A DNA stretch of 64,000 bases from the NCBI GenBank assembly GCA_030167865.1, contig JALAGF010004837.1, forward strand, positions 186,001 through 250,000. The letters run 5' to 3'. Source of the stretch: Craspedostauros australis (lineage: Eukaryota). The notes beneath the pieces are model-generated. The model worked only from the letters and a program-made list of their open reading frames with translations, searched no databases and was not told the origin of the DNA. The translations under genes were made by a program, and so were the position numbers. Of the stretch, positions 47,310 to 59,189 are shown in pieces; position 1 is the stretch's first letter, and each line of letters starts with the position of its first letter.

Positions 47310-48872
47310 TTAGGCAGGTGCGCCGCCTGGCGGGACGATGTAGCTGGGTTCCTTGGGACCCTTGTTGACGATCGTCTGTCTCCTCACAGGTGCGGCGTTG
47401 ACGAGCTCGGCGGACTCTTCCTCCGTGGGAGCGGCCGGGTCAGCGCAGGCCATGTAATCCGTGGTTGTGGTGGTGGTGGCGGCATCCGTCTGTGTGTCCT
47501 GCTTCTCCGCCGCCTCGACGGAGATGATTTCGTAGGAGGTGTAGATGGCCGTCCAGAGCGGCACGTCCTTGGGCGCCTTCGTCCAGCCAGCCTTCCAGGC
47601 CACGATGCAGTAGAGGCTGAGGACGACGGCCTCGACGACACCGTAGTAGAACGGAACGCCCATGGCCTCCGCCAGCTCCTCGCCGTCGAACATGGTGAGG
47701 GCGACGGATGTGGCGATGCCGACATTTTGGTAGACGCACTCAATGGACACGGTGACACGTTCCGGGCGGTGCAGAGCGATGCCCGTGGTGATGATGTTCG
47801 CAACGACCAGCCCCAGCACGCACGGGGCCGCCACGCTGACGAAGAACTTCCAGTCGCGATCCCAGATCTGCATGTCCGCGTCGCTGTTGGAAAGCACCGC
47901 CGAGAAGATGACGAGCAGGATTCCGGATGTGTTGCCAAGTCTGTTGGCGTGCAGGTTGAAGTTGTGCGAGTTGATGTGGTAGGACGCGAGCAGACCCAGT
48001 CCGATGGCGCTGATGACGATGGCGAGGCTGACGAAGAGTCCGTTCCAGTCGATGCTGGCGATGACATTGTCATCGTAGGCCATGCTGGCGTGGAGGAGCA
48101 GGTTCAGCGGCAGAGTGACGACCGAGAGCAACGTGGAGATTGCGGTCATGGTCACCGAAAGGGCCAGATCTGCGTTGAACATCGAGCACCACCTGGTTTG
48201 ATGTTGCGCATTGAGAACATGTTTGCAGTTGTGTTTGTATTGGCATTGGTGTCAGTATTGGTATCAGTATTGGTACCAGTGTCGGTATTGAAAGAACGCA
48301 ATTGCAGCGAATGTATCGGCCAGTCGGTCGGTCGGTTAATGAATGAGTTGGGTAGTTTCATTGTCATCACGTGGTCATCAAATGGTCATCAGATGGTCAT
48401 CAGAGCAGTGGTGGTTGCAGGTGAAGCTGAATTTGATAAACAACCATGTGCACTACACACTTGTTGCTGTTGCTTTGCTGTTCTCAAGGAGCCACCCAAT
48501 CCCCCATGTGCGACACTTGACGACGAACCAAGTGAGGTTCCGCAGTCGTCGCGCCATGCACCGCCCAGCACGGCAAAGCAAACGCATGTCCAGCGATCGT
48601 CCAACTCACCAGTTCGAGTAGGAACCACCTGGACTGCTCGTGACGACGAGGAGCGTGATTCCCATGGCCTTGTTGAGCTGCAGCGTCTTCACCACCAGGA
48701 AACCCAGGAAGGGCAGGATGACGAACTGCAGTAACACCCCCGTCGCGATGGCCCTCCTGTTGCCCAGCTGGGCCCACAGACAGCCGATGTCCACCGTGGC
48801 TGACATGCCAAACACCAGGCAGAACAGCAGCACGCTGCCCAACACCTCCGTTAGCGCGATATCCAGCACCAT
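47310..48872 (-). CDS. Bile acid:sodium symporter (BASS/SLC10) family transporter, about 381 aa. Exons 48872..48610 and 48192..47310.
   Basis: LVFGMSATV, LQFVILPFLGF, SSPGGSYSNW|WCSMFNADLALSVTMTAIST (rebuilt across intron 48609..48193) and TVSIECVYQNVGIA (Na-site pattern). Confidence 0.92.
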
Positions 48873-48909
48873 CTTTCTTTCTTGGCAATGATACGAGTTT
48901 GTAGACTTG

Positions 48910-48947
48910 TGTGGTCACTGTTGTGGTCACTGTTGTGGTCGCTGTTG
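48910..48947. repeat. 12-bp tandem repeat (3 copies) upstream of the BASS start codon
   Basis: tgtggtcactgt tgtggtcactgt tgtggtcgctgt tg. Confidence 0.85.
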
Positions 48948-49742
48948 GTATCCTTCCGTGTCCTTTCTCAAATGAGGAGAGTTCTACTATTTCGTTTTGG
49001 TTGTGTTGCGCTGTGTTCTACTGCGTTGTGTTATGCTGTGTTGTCCTTCACCAACACGGAAGTGATCTTCTGTTCCTTCTCTTCGCACAACGCGCGTACA
49101 ATTGGAGAAACGGAAGGGAGTGTTTGTGGCACTTTGCCTCTTTGCGTCCGCGTGATCTTCCGCAAATGGGTCAGTGTTCCATCAGAACAGATCTTTTCTG
49201 TTGGTGTTCTTGCGTTGGTTGTGGTGGCGTGTCTCATCGTGTCTCACGTCGCGTTTGTTGCGTGCTGAGCCAGATTCCCGGTGTTCGCTGTCGTTGATTT
49301 CGATGACTTCTTGGCCAAAGATGGCAGTTCCTGTGATCTTTGTTGCACTCGATTGATTCGTGAATTCTCACCATCAATGGTTGGTTGCAGGCACGAAGGC
49401 GTTGGTTTTGGCGTTGGGAGAAACTACATGTGTATCACATGATATCATTCCACATCATTTAATCGCAACGGTCAAAACTACATATGTGCGTTATTTACGG
49501 TTATATACTCCGCTAAGAGGATTTGTCAACAACACGCGAAACTCGTCATCCTCACTTTTTTGGATGTTCCTGTTCGCGCAAACAAAAACAACACGAAGCA
49601 GAACGCAACAAGGGCAACACCACATCATGGCGCACTATTGCTTCCAGTTATAGAATAGTGTAGTGTATAGTAGTAGTCTTCATGAGAGGGTACTATACTT
49701 GAGTTACACCACCCTTTTTCCTACATGCACTTTCAAAGCATA

Positions 49743-52700
49743 TCATCTCTGTGGAGGATGCCGACGACGGAAACCGGTTTTGGCTTCATGAGCACGGCGT
49801 TTGCGCCTCTTCTTGTCGCGTTCGTACTTGCCCTGCTTCTTCCTCGTGGCGAGGATGGGATCACGCACCAGCTCGCTGCGGAAATCGAGCTTGCGCTTCT
49901 CCCGCTTGTTGCGGGCGCGTTGCTTCACGATGGAGTACGCATCCAGGAACTGCTGCGGCGACTCGCAGCTGTCCTCCACGAGCTGCAGCAGATCCTGTGC
50001 GAACTCGGCCTGGCCTTCGACGGCGGCGGACACGGTCGGGTTGCGCCGCGTCGCATTCGCCGCATTCTCCAATTCGTTCGTGGACTCGACGATGGTGCGG
50101 TGGATGGGTTCCAGCATCACCGCGATGTGCGGCACGACGATTTCCTTGTGGGTAGACAGGAAGGCCGCGAAGCACTTGAACACCGACATGCGCCGTTTCA
50201 TCATCTTCTGTTTCGCGATGTTCGACAGGCGCTTGATGAGGATCTCGACGGGATGCATGGCAACGGCATCGTCATCATCATCCTCGCCGACCTTCTTGTT
50301 GGCGACCTGATCGTCTTCCGTCCTCTTCTCGACGAAGAGGTGCGGATGTGACTCGATCCATGGCAGAATCAGGCAGAGGGACTTGACGGACAGCTCGGCA
50401 ACGCCATCGACGAACTCTTCGTCTTTCACCTTGAACTGGGAGCACAGATGCTTCACGGTGATCTTCATGGAATTCGAGAGATAGCTGCGGCCCTCCACCG
50501 TGGCAATGCCACCGGTGTGTGCAGCATCCTGCAGCTGCAGATGGATGACGCGGGCAGACTTCAGCTTCACCCAAGGGTGCGCATGTATCAGGCATTCCAA
50601 CGAGGCGCCCCACAGCTCCTCGCTCATGAATTGCGAAAGCGGCCGGTTCGGTGCGATCTTCTCCAGGCAGGTTAGGCTGAAGTACATGCATTCCCAGTTG
50701 GCACCGGAATCTGTGAGAGTCGCGTGAACATGCGACAGCACTTCATCGAAGTGGCTGCCCCTCTGGAGAGCATCGAACCTTGCATCGATGAACAGCCCGA
50801 ACAGCTGCAGCGCTGCTGCCTTGAGAGGCCCCTTTGTGTCAAACCAACGCTTCGTGTAATCCAGCAACGACCGCAAGACGTCCATCGACGATCGGGAGAA
50901 CAGATTCGACAAGCACGACGACAGCGCTTCCCTGCATTCCTTGGATTCGTCGTTCTGCATCTGCAGCACCAACGAGAGGAACATGGAGTTCGAATTCTTG
51001 TCCACGAGCTCCATCGGCAGCTGGGAGATAACCTCGTCCACCAGTTTGATGGCGGACAGTCTGCCCTCCGCGTACTCGTAAGCCACGTTGGATAGGAGCT
51101 GCTTGAGGTACCGTTCGAACTTGACCGAGCCCATCGGGTAATCGACGAGGAAGCGGGTGAAGAGACGACCGCTGTTTTGGCGCAACGACTCCTTCAGACT
51201 TCGCACCGATACCTTGAGCATGTCGTCCATCAGATCGTAAAGCTCGGACGAGATGTATCGCTTCGACAGGACTGCCTTGATCAACCCCAAGGCGGGGTGG
51301 TGCTGATCGGCCTCGAAGATGGTTCGTTTGATGGACAAGATCAGCATCTTCATTTGCTCGCTGTCGAATGGGAACAGCGGTGCTTCCACAGCTGCGGCCA
51401 AGTCCATCCCATTCGTCTTGGAGTTACCCCCACTACCGCTTCCTGAAGCAAAGTCCTCTCCAGCGAGTTTCATCAACGACGTTACGTTGCGGAAGCAGAC
51501 TTGAATGAGGTCATTGTTTTGCTTCGATGATGCTTGCGCTACCACCAGCGATTCCAGGGATTTGGTGCCGAGAATCTTGGCGCACGATGGCGTGGATGGA
51601 AGGTCGAAGCGCAGCAGAATTGCCAAGCACTTGAAGGCGCTGAAAACCACCTGGTTATCCCGACAGGTCTTCACGCAAGACGTGAGAAGCGGGATGTACG
51701 GGTCCGTCATTTCGGGGCTCGTCTTGAGCGACTTCAAGCATCGATTCAGAAGGTCCAGACCGAAAACGACAGCTGCGATGGATGATGGATCATCCAGCGA
51801 CTTCGTTGAAGTGTACTGGGAACCATCGTGGCGGCCGCTACCCGTCAGTTTCGGCGCGCTGCGACCGTCCTGGACCTTCGCAAGATCCGCCTTGTCCTTC
51901 TTCTTCATTCCGTACGCTCCCTTCGCGGTTGTCGTAGACTTCATCACCGACGGTCTCCATTCCACGACCGATGACGACCCAGCCTTCTTGCTGCTCTTTT
52001 TCCTCTTTGATTTGGTTTTGCTCGATTTCTTCGACCCGCTCACTCGAATTGCATCGTCATCGGCTTCATCGTCATCATCGCTGGAATCGTCGTCACTATC
52101 AACGTGCATTTCGCCGGCAGTGCCATCTCCCACCCCATTCCTTGAGGCGCTTTCTGGCGTGATGAAAGGCTGAAGAGTTGCGTACACGAATGGCAACGCC
52201 TCTTCCGGGGTGATAGATCGATTCTTGGAAAACCCGATTGAGGCTCGCGACAGGACTTCCTGGATTCTGCGCACGGTCACTGCGCTCACATCCGGTTGTC
52301 TCAGTCGTTGCAGCAGAGGAGAAATGATGCAGTGCACGGCAGAGCCGCCGGGCGCGCCGGTGGTAGCATGCTGGATCTGGGATGGTTTGAACTGAACAAG
52401 CCTGCACACTATTTCGATGCCGTTCACTCCTTTGTTGCCGGATGCCTCCTTGACGAAAGACACGCGATTCTCGGAGTCCTTCCGTTCTTGCGTCACGCCG
52501 AACATGTCCTGCTGGAAGATATCCATCAATGGCATGACGCAATGGTCCAGACCCTTGGAGAGCTCGAGCGCGCCTGCCTCGTCGCTGGACACCAGATCGT
52601 TGTACTTCTTCTCAACCTCCAGCAGAATGGTATGGACAGTCGCCGATCGAACGTGCAACTTGTACCCCTCCTTCAACGTGATCGCAAGCTCTCGCACCAC

Positions 52701-55700
52701 ATCGGCGAGGTACTTGATGTCGATGGATGTCGATACCTTGGCAATCGTGCTGCGTCCCACGTCACGGATGTTGGAATCCTTTGCCTTCAGAGCGTCGCAC
52801 AGGATGGCGAGCACCCGTGGCAGACGCATCTCGAAGAACTCCGTGGGGAACTTGTGGTACAGCTTGAGGAGGGCCAGCACGATGGCCGGGCGTGGCGTTT
52901 TGGTCTTCGTCCCGTGCTTGTCGGTCTTTTCCTTCGTCAGCAGCCCTTCAACGCCTGGGATGAGCCTTCGTTCCAATGCCCTCCAGACCGAGGTCTGTTC
53001 GTAGTTAATGTTGTCGCCATCACCAGCCGCGGCAGGAGCATTCTCGTCACCACTCTTCCAGTCTTCCCCCCTGGCGGGCAGTCTGCGGATCACGTCGAAG
53101 TGGAAACCATCGAGGATGGAGCAGACGAGACCAACGATGTACCTCTCCTGTTGTTGATTGCGCTCGAAGCTACGCAGCGACGTCCACAGCAAAGCACTGT
53201 ATTTGCTCCACGAAAGAGTCTTCGCCACGACACCGGCAGTGGCGATGGCTTCGATTGCCATCGTTTCTTCTGCGTTGGTCGCTACCTCGTACACAGGATG
53301 GATGACGATTGGGAGGAGCACGTTGGATATGGAGTACGTCTTGACTTCACGTTTCCGTTCACCACCGTCATCATCATCAGCAGCAGCAGAACTAGAAGCA
53401 ACAGCAAGTTGCTTTCGCAGCGTCTCGCGCAGTCGTTTCAGAGCGCGTGCTCGACGATGAAGCTGCACGTGGGTGATGCTCTGAAAGAAGTCGACGTCTG
53501 GATTTTCATCGGAACACAGGCAGAAAAGATCGCCGTGCAAATGCTGCGATGGATGCGACTGGAATTTCCGAGCCACCTCTGCTATCATGAGCAAAAAATA
53601 GCGTCGTTCCGCCGCATTTCTCGAAGAGAAACCATTGCGGATGGCAGGGACGATGTAGGATTCCATGTACTTCTGCCACGGCCCATCCACACTTGAATTT
53701 TGCTCCTGCTCAATCTGATTTGCACCCGTGGCGATCAGATGCTTGATGGCACTGAAAGCGGTCCGAGCAAGGACCATGTCTGAATCGTAAATGAAATGGA
53801 AGCACGCGTTGACCACGGGCGAGAGGAGTGTCGGGTCATCTTCGGATCCAGAGAGCATGGAGAGCCATGGTGATTCACCTTGATCATCATCCGAACACAA
53901 CTTGGCCAAATGCACGATTACGATCTCCAAGTTCAATTCGTCCACTCGTTTTGAACTGACAGCGGACAGCCCTCCCAGAGTGTCTGCTACATGCCGCAAC
54001 CCTGATTGCTTGTTCGCTATCGTCAGTATGATCGATGATATCTCCTGACGGATTTGGAGCGAAATCAATCCCGTGGAGCCCTTCTTCGGTGCAAGCGCCG
54101 TTGAGAGGTCGAAATAGGTATCGAGTGCCGATCTCTCTCCGATCTTGGGAACGAGCGTCCTGATAATCCCCAACGCATTGAGAAGGTCTGCCTCGGTGAC
54201 GGAACGTCGAACTTCAACGAGAGGCACTATGAGCGACAGCAGCTCCTCGAGAAGCGCCGAGTCGTCCGGTATCATATCTGTCCGCGAAATCACTGCCTCG
54301 CTCAGCTTGAACAGGATCCTCAATTCTTGACGCCACGTGTCGGAATGATGGGCTCTGCCCCTGTTGCTCCCGTTCCCACCAACGTTAGTGGGAGTGTTGG
54401 GCGAATCGTCAGCGTCGCGGGCTTTGCCACCAAGCCTGTCGATGAAGCGGGCAAAGACGAGCGACAGGTTGCTCAGGACCAAGGTCTGTCCTGAGGTCCT
54501 CCTCCCGCCTTCATCGTCAGTGTCGTCCATAAGATTTTCGACAAATCTCAGGCAGCAGGTGATCGTCGCAGGCGAGCATCGTCTGTCAATGCACTTGAGC
54601 ACTGCTTCGATTGTCGCTGGATTGGTTGACAGCATATTGATTGTGGATGTGTATGATGACATCGTGGTCAACAGCGTGAGCAAGGCGGGAACTCCGTTGG
54701 AAGCCACCGTCATTTCGGGGAGCATGATGAGGGACTGATGAAGGCTGTCCCAGAGTGGTCCGGAGAAGTGCTCGAGGTCCATCCTGCCACAAAAGCGGTT
54801 GAACACATCCGAAAGACGGCTGAAGCATAGGCTTCTGATGGATCTCATCCGAACGGTAGTGGAACCAGCCCCCGCGTTGGCGTCGATGTCGGTGTCGTTG
54901 CTGTCATCGATGCCTGCGTTGGAGGCCTCATTGACACTTCCATGGGCTTGGTCAGAATCAGCATCAGCGCTGGCACCTTCCGCATGCACTAGGGGATCGT
55001 TGGCATCGGCTTGTATTTGCACTTTCCCTTTCACTTCCGACACTTTGCAAAGGGCGATGACAATGCTCGTGAGCGTCGGGATACTGCCTGCGATGCGATG
55101 CCCCAGCTGAGTGATGACGGTGCCCAACAAATTGAGGTATCCGATGTACACAGCACCGTGGCTTGGCGTCAACTTGGAGATGGTGAGCTCGTGCAGTGCC
55201 TTGTCGATAGCATCCTTGTCCTGTTGCCCGTGCTTCTCAAATGGTGTCATTCGATGATCGCCATCGGGGATGAAGTTCCTCACCATGAGGTACACGAATG
55301 GATGCAGCTCCTCGTCATGCTTGCAGATGTTGGAGAATACTGCAAGGACCGCGGCTCGTCTGGCTGCAGGCGAGTGCTTGGATTGGCGCGAGCTGCCTGA
55401 TTTTGATGTCACTCTACCGAAGAGGATGCGCGAAATTATGGGGACTAGCTGGGTGCGATGTTCGTCCGATATGTTCTGATCCTTCATGCTGGTTTCAAAG
55501 TCTAGCAGCACCTCTCGGAATCCAGCCGTCTTCATCAGTCCCTTCAGAAGGGGTGGCAGCGACGGAGGCCAGGAGTTCTTGAATTTGAGGAAGCCGGCGA
55601 GCGCCAGAGACGAAATGTCCGTGTCCTGATGCGTCATGAAGCCCCTGAACACGTACTGGATGACGTCGCGTTTCAGGAGCTGCTCGGGGCCTTGAACCAC

Positions 55701-58700
55701 ACTGAAGGCGCCCAGCAAGATCTTCAGCCTCTTGGTCAGCGCGTATCCGTCCAGCTCGTCCTTGCTGTAGTTCTTGATTTCGATGTGTTCGTCCAGGTGC
55801 AGTTCTCTTCCCTCCGGATCTCCATCGTTGTAGGAATAGTACTGATTGCCAAGAAAATCGAGCAGGATGGGAACCAAGTCTCTGGAATGCTTCGACAGAG
55901 TCATTGGGTTGGCCTTGATGACACCCCACGAGGAACCAAAGGATGCCAGTTCATCCGTCGGCCGGCGTTTTGACGTATCCGATGGGAACCAGGAAGGCGA
56001 GATATCAAGTCCACACGATGATTCCATCCGGACGCAAGCATCGAAGTTCGATGATTTCGCGAGGAGCTCCGCCTTGTCCTCAGGTTCGATTTTGGTGCGT
56101 GACCGTCCTGGGAGGAGCTCGGCGATGTTCTGGAGATGCGCACCGACGATTGGCCAAGCACTGGAGTCGTGACATTGCAGCAACGCCTGCACCGTTTGCG
56201 ATGCGAATGTCCAGACCGGCGCGAACTTGATGTAGAACACGCCGATCATGTAGTTCGTGGCCGCGACGGCGTACAGTTCAGGGAGTCTGCCGGAGCGAGC
56301 CAGCACCTCGACCCTGGAAACTAGCGAGGAGAGGACCTTTTCATTGCTCAACGTGATTGGGGTCGTCTCGATTTTCAGCAAGACCTCCAAGGCGTCGCAC
56401 AAACCGTGCGCGACCGATGAAGGCTTCATAGTTCCGCCATCCTCTTTCTTTGCCGAAGCATCGGTGGCGGTCTCCGCATCTTCGTCCAGATCATTTGCCA
56501 TGTCCAAGTCGGCAAAATTGACCACCAGTGGCAGCTTCGGAAGTCCATTCAGCACTCTCAACGTGTGCAAGCGAAGGAAGTGACTTGGACTTCGCAGGTT
56601 CTCCGACAGGGTCTCAATCAGTGTGGACGCCTCGATGCCAGCTGTCTCGTCATGATCGCCGAGCATCTCCATGTAGAGGGAAGCGCATTTCATGCCCATG
56701 GCTGATCCAGAGGCAGAGAAGATGGCGGCCTCGATTTGGCGTTTTAGTTTTGGCGGGAATACTGTGGCGAATGGCACCTGCACATCTTCTCTTCCTGTAT
56801 CTGCAACCTGGAGGATGGCGCAAAGTGTCTGAATAACCTGGTATGTGATCAGGTGTGCAGGACGGTCCGTCGGGCCCCGATTGGTGGCTGCATCGTCGAT
56901 CAAGTCGGGCGATGGGAATGCCGGGACCTGTCTCAAGATCGTGTGTGCCCATTCGATGGTTTGATTGATGTGCTCGCTTGTTGTCGCCGCGTTTTCATTG
57001 TCGACACCAAAGAGGATGATTGAAGGCAAACACCGAATCGCAACGCTCATGCCCTCCCAGTCCTGACCGTCAACGCCTGCCTTGATGTTGTAATGTCCCG
57101 TGAGATGATCCACGAGACACTTCTTGTCTTTGTGATTCACAGGAGATGACTGCCATGATGAGATGGTCTGCGCCGATCTTTGCGACATGGAGTCCATATC
57201 CTCTCCTGCATCTTCGAATGCGTCGTCGCTCGTGCTTTGGAATCGGTACAAAAGTGTTTGCGACAGGAGCAAGAGGATGTTGAGACTCGCGCCAGAGGCT
57301 GCTGTCGTCGCTCGTGACTCCCCGTCCTTGGAGCGAAGCCTGATCGCCTTTGCGACAGTCGACATGATCTCGCCAAACACAGCGTTCGTCACCGTTTGCG
57401 ACTGAATGGAAGGCAACAGCTCGCCCAAGACTTCGCTGGTCATGGATGAGACGTGTTGCAGATCTGCATCACTCGGGGTATCGCACGAGAGCTGCTGCAT
57501 GATGGAGCGGAGAAACAATCGCACGTCCCCGACGTCGCCAACGTTGATCCGGCAGACCTGCCAGATGGAGCAGATCGATGCCACCAGTTCGATCTTTCCG
57601 GCACCGTCAAAACTGTCAAACAATTTGTATTCGAGGATCTTTCTCGCGATGCTGAGAATGCCCACGCGCTGGGTTTGCAGGACGTGCTCGCATGATTGAT
57701 TGCCAGTTTTCGCAATCGAGCGCAGAAGGCGGAGAATGCCTTGAATTCCAGACAGACCGAAGTCTGAAATCGCGGTCTGGGTCGGCTGCGCCTCCGCGTC
57801 TCCACCTTTTTTCTTCTTCTTCTCGTTCTTCGTCTTCGTTGGCTTTTCCGTTTCGAGGTGTTGAGCAGTGGGTTTGTACCCGTCGATAGCTTTCAACGAA
57901 GCGAAGATGAAAGCCTCCACAACCGAAACGCTGACGGTGTTCTTCAGCTTCTCACACATGCGACACAACAGGCTCGATAGGATATTGAAGATGATCTTGC
58001 AGGACTTCCACTCGCTGGAGCTGGCGTTCTTCAACAACGACTTTGGGTCGAGCGAGAGTTCGAAGACGAAGGTGAGCATCTGCTGTCCCTTCGAATGCAA
58101 CGATCCTGACGCCCCGCGCGTGACATGAAAAAGCAGGTGGGCCATTCCGTCTGCGATATCCGCAAACGTTCTCTGCGTCGACGGCGATGTGGTCGATTTG
58201 CTCTCGGACGCCAGCAGCGCGCGGAAGACCTTCTTGATGTGCTTCTGCTGTGCCGATTCGCGCTTCTGCCTCCGGATGAGCTGCGCGAACACCTCCGACG
58301 ACAGCCTGCGGATGAGTTCGCTGCGATGGCCCAGGCTCCCGCCGTAATACTTTCTCATCTTCTCGAGGTCCTTGTCATCGATGGCGGTGTCGTATCGCAA
58401 GACGTACGCCATCGTACGGAAGACGGATTCGATGATGCCGGCGTGGATTGGATTCTGCTGTTTCTTGGCGTACTTTCCCGAAACGTTGAGCAGGTCATCG
58501 AACAGGGTTGGGAGTATCCTGACATGCAAGTAGGGGTGGATTTCTTGTCGCAGGTCTCGAGCCAGCACGGCCAGCATGTGGAGACAGTCGGACGTCGCAT
58601 GGTTGATCACGTAGCCACCGATCGAAACTTGACGCTCAGCAGCAGGAGCAGGAGCAGCATCGTCGTCGGTGTTCTTCCTGTCATCACCGGCTGTTTGGCA

Positions 58701-59189
58701 TGGCTGTTCCGGATGCGATTCCAAGGAGATCATGTGATTCAAAATGTGATCCACTATCTGCGGAGCATTGTGCAGAATCTCGGGAAGGGATCGGACCAAC
58801 CTCCAAGTCTTGCGATGCAACGATGAAAAGATCTCTGACGGATTCCGATCCAACGCCAGATCAAGCTCCACCGAAAAGCTGTTGCTCTCGATGTCCTCGA
58901 CGGCCAGCTGCTCGGCTTCGTCGAGGGTGCCGATCCTGATCAGCGTGTCGCTGCCTCCGTCACGACCGTCTCGCAGCTTTCCCACCTTGAGGCGCTTTTG
59001 CGGTCGCTGATCCTTGTTCCCGTGCACAGCGGCCTCTCGCACCGACGATCGGTTGCCCGCAATGCGGCTCTGGCTTTGACGGAATACATCGGCGGATGCT
59101 TTCTTCGATCGCTGTTTGTTCGACTGAAATCGCAACCGCTTCTCGGAACGGCTGTCGCGTTGCAGCACCTTGGTCTGCTGATCGTTCAT
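49743..59189 (-). CDS. UTP20: U3 snoRNA-associated protein 20 (UTP20/DRIM), SSU processome HEAT-repeat protein, 3148 aa, intronless
   Basis: N-terminal LRFQS, SLPEILHN, LARDLRQEIHPY, FFQSITHVQLHRRARAL, LKEGYKLHVRSATVHTIL, YEYAEGRLSA, HPWVK and a basic C-terminal tail; size fits UTP20. Confidence 0.92.
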   Translation of the reverse strand: MNDQQTKVLQRDSRSEKRLRFQSNKQRSKKASADVFRQSQSRIAGNRSSVREAAVHGNKDQRPQKRLKVGKLRDGRDGGSDTLIRIGTLDEAEQLAVEDIESNSFSVELDLALDRNPSEIFSSLHRKTWRLVRSLPEILHNAPQIVDHILNHMISLESHPEQPCQTAGDDRKNTDDDAAPAPAAERQVSIGGYVINHATSDCLHMLAVLARDLRQEIHPYLHVRILPTLFDDLLNVSGKYAKKQQNPIHAGIIESVFRTMAYVLRYDTAIDDKDLEKMRKYYGGSLGHRSELIRRLSSEVFAQLIRRQKRESAQQKHIKKVFRALLASESKSTTSPSTQRTFADIADGMAHLLFHVTRGASGSLHSKGQQMLTFVFELSLDPKSLLKNASSSEWKSCKIIFNILSSLLCRMCEKLKNTVSVSVVEAFIFASLKAIDGYKPTAQHLETEKPTKTKNEKKKKKGGDAEAQPTQTAISDFGLSGIQGILRLLRSIAKTGNQSCEHVLQTQRVGILSIARKILEYKLFDSFDGAGKIELVASICSIWQVCRINVGDVGDVRLFLRSIMQQLSCDTPSDADLQHVSSMTSEVLGELLPSIQSQTVTNAVFGEIMSTVAKAIRLRSKDGESRATTAASGASLNILLLLSQTLLYRFQSTSDDAFEDAGEDMDSMSQRSAQTISSWQSSPVNHKDKKCLVDHLTGHYNIKAGVDGQDWEGMSVAIRCLPSIILFGVDNENAATTSEHINQTIEWAHTILRQVPAFPSPDLIDDAATNRGPTDRPAHLITYQVIQTLCAILQVADTGREDVQVPFATVFPPKLKRQIEAAIFSASGSAMGMKCASLYMEMLGDHDETAGIEASTLIETLSENLRSPSHFLRLHTLRVLNGLPKLPLVVNFADLDMANDLDEDAETATDASAKKEDGGTMKPSSVAHGLCDALEVLLKIETTPITLSNEKVLSSLVSRVEVLARSGRLPELYAVAATNYMIGVFYIKFAPVWTFASQTVQALLQCHDSSAWPIVGAHLQNIAELLPGRSRTKIEPEDKAELLAKSSNFDACVRMESSCGLDISPSWFPSDTSKRRPTDELASFGSSWGVIKANPMTLSKHSRDLVPILLDFLGNQYYSYNDGDPEGRELHLDEHIEIKNYSKDELDGYALTKRLKILLGAFSVVQGPEQLLKRDVIQYVFRGFMTHQDTDISSLALAGFLKFKNSWPPSLPPLLKGLMKTAGFREVLLDFETSMKDQNISDEHRTQLVPIISRILFGRVTSKSGSSRQSKHSPAARRAAVLAVFSNICKHDEELHPFVYLMVRNFIPDGDHRMTPFEKHGQQDKDAIDKALHELTISKLTPSHGAVYIGYLNLLGTVITQLGHRIAGSIPTLTSIVIALCKVSEVKGKVQIQADANDPLVHAEGASADADSDQAHGSVNEASNAGIDDSNDTDIDANAGAGSTTVRMRSIRSLCFSRLSDVFNRFCGRMDLEHFSGPLWDSLHQSLIMLPEMTVASNGVPALLTLLTTMSSYTSTINMLSTNPATIEAVLKCIDRRCSPATITCCLRFVENLMDDTDDEGGRRTSGQTLVLSNLSLVFARFIDRLGGKARDADDSPNTPTNVGGNGSNRGRAHHSDTWRQELRILFKLSEAVISRTDMIPDDSALLEELLSLIVPLVEVRRSVTEADLLNALGIIRTLVPKIGERSALDTYFDLSTALAPKKGSTGLISLQIRQEISSIILTIANKQSGLRHVADTLGGLSAVSSKRVDELNLEIVIVHLAKLCSDDDQGESPWLSMLSGSEDDPTLLSPVVNACFHFIYDSDMVLARTAFSAIKHLIATGANQIEQEQNSSVDGPWQKYMESYIVPAIRNGFSSRNAAERRYFLLMIAEVARKFQSHPSQHLHGDLFCLCSDENPDVDFFQSITHVQLHRRARALKRLRETLRKQLAVASSSAAADDDDGGERKREVKTYSISNVLLPIVIHPVYEVATNAEETMAIEAIATAGVVAKTLSWSKYSALLWTSLRSFERNQQQERYIVGLVCSILDGFHFDVIRRLPARGEDWKSGDENAPAAAGDGDNINYEQTSVWRALERRLIPGVEGLLTKEKTDKHGTKTKTPRPAIVLALLKLYHKFPTEFFEMRLPRVLAILCDALKAKDSNIRDVGRSTIAKVSTSIDIKYLADVVRELAITLKEGYKLHVRSATVHTILLEVEKKYNDLVSSDEAGALELSKGLDHCVMPLMDIFQQDMFGVTQERKDSENRVSFVKEASGNKGVNGIEIVCRLVQFKPSQIQHATTGAPGGSAVHCIISPLLQRLRQPDVSAVTVRRIQEVLSRASIGFSKNRSITPEEALPFVYATLQPFITPESASRNGVGDGTAGEMHVDSDDDSSDDDDEADDDAIRVSGSKKSSKTKSKRKKSSKKAGSSSVVEWRPSVMKSTTTAKGAYGMKKKDKADLAKVQDGRSAPKLTGSGRHDGSQYTSTKSLDDPSSIAAVVFGLDLLNRCLKSLKTSPEMTDPYIPLLTSCVKTCRDNQVVFSAFKCLAILLRFDLPSTPSCAKILGTKSLESLVVAQASSKQNNDLIQVCFRNVTSLMKLAGEDFASGSGSGGNSKTNGMDLAAAVEAPLFPFDSEQMKMLILSIKRTIFEADQHHPALGLIKAVLSKRYISSELYDLMDDMLKVSVRSLKESLRQNSGRLFTRFLVDYPMGSVKFERYLKQLLSNVAYEYAEGRLSAIKLVDEVISQLPMELVDKNSNSMFLSLVLQMQNDESKECREALSSCLSNLFSRSSMDVLRSLLDYTKRWFDTKGPLKAAALQLFGLFIDARFDALQRGSHFDEVLSHVHATLTDSGANWECMYFSLTCLEKIAPNRPLSQFMSEELWGASLECLIHAHPWVKLKSARVIHLQLQDAAHTGGIATVEGRSYLSNSMKITVKHLCSQFKVKDEEFVDGVAELSVKSLCLILPWIESHPHLFVEKRTEDDQVANKKVGEDDDDDAVAMHPVEILIKRLSNIAKQKMMKRRMSVFKCFAAFLSTHKEIVVPHIAVMLEPIHRTIVESTNELENAANATRRNPTVSAAVEGQAEFAQDLLQLVEDSCESPQQFLDAYSIVKQRARNKREKRKLDFRSELVRDPILATRKKQGKYERDKKRRKRRAHEAKTGFRRRHPPQR

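Noticed and set aside
47253-48734. 493-aa ORF antisense to BASS that stays open across the intron
   Set aside because: No domain features, and the exonic parts mirror sense codons. Staying open through 417 nt of intron is mildly unusual but not sufficient evidence.
52296-53696. 466-aa ORF antisense to UTP20
   Set aside because: Codon-mirror shadow of a clearly identified gene.
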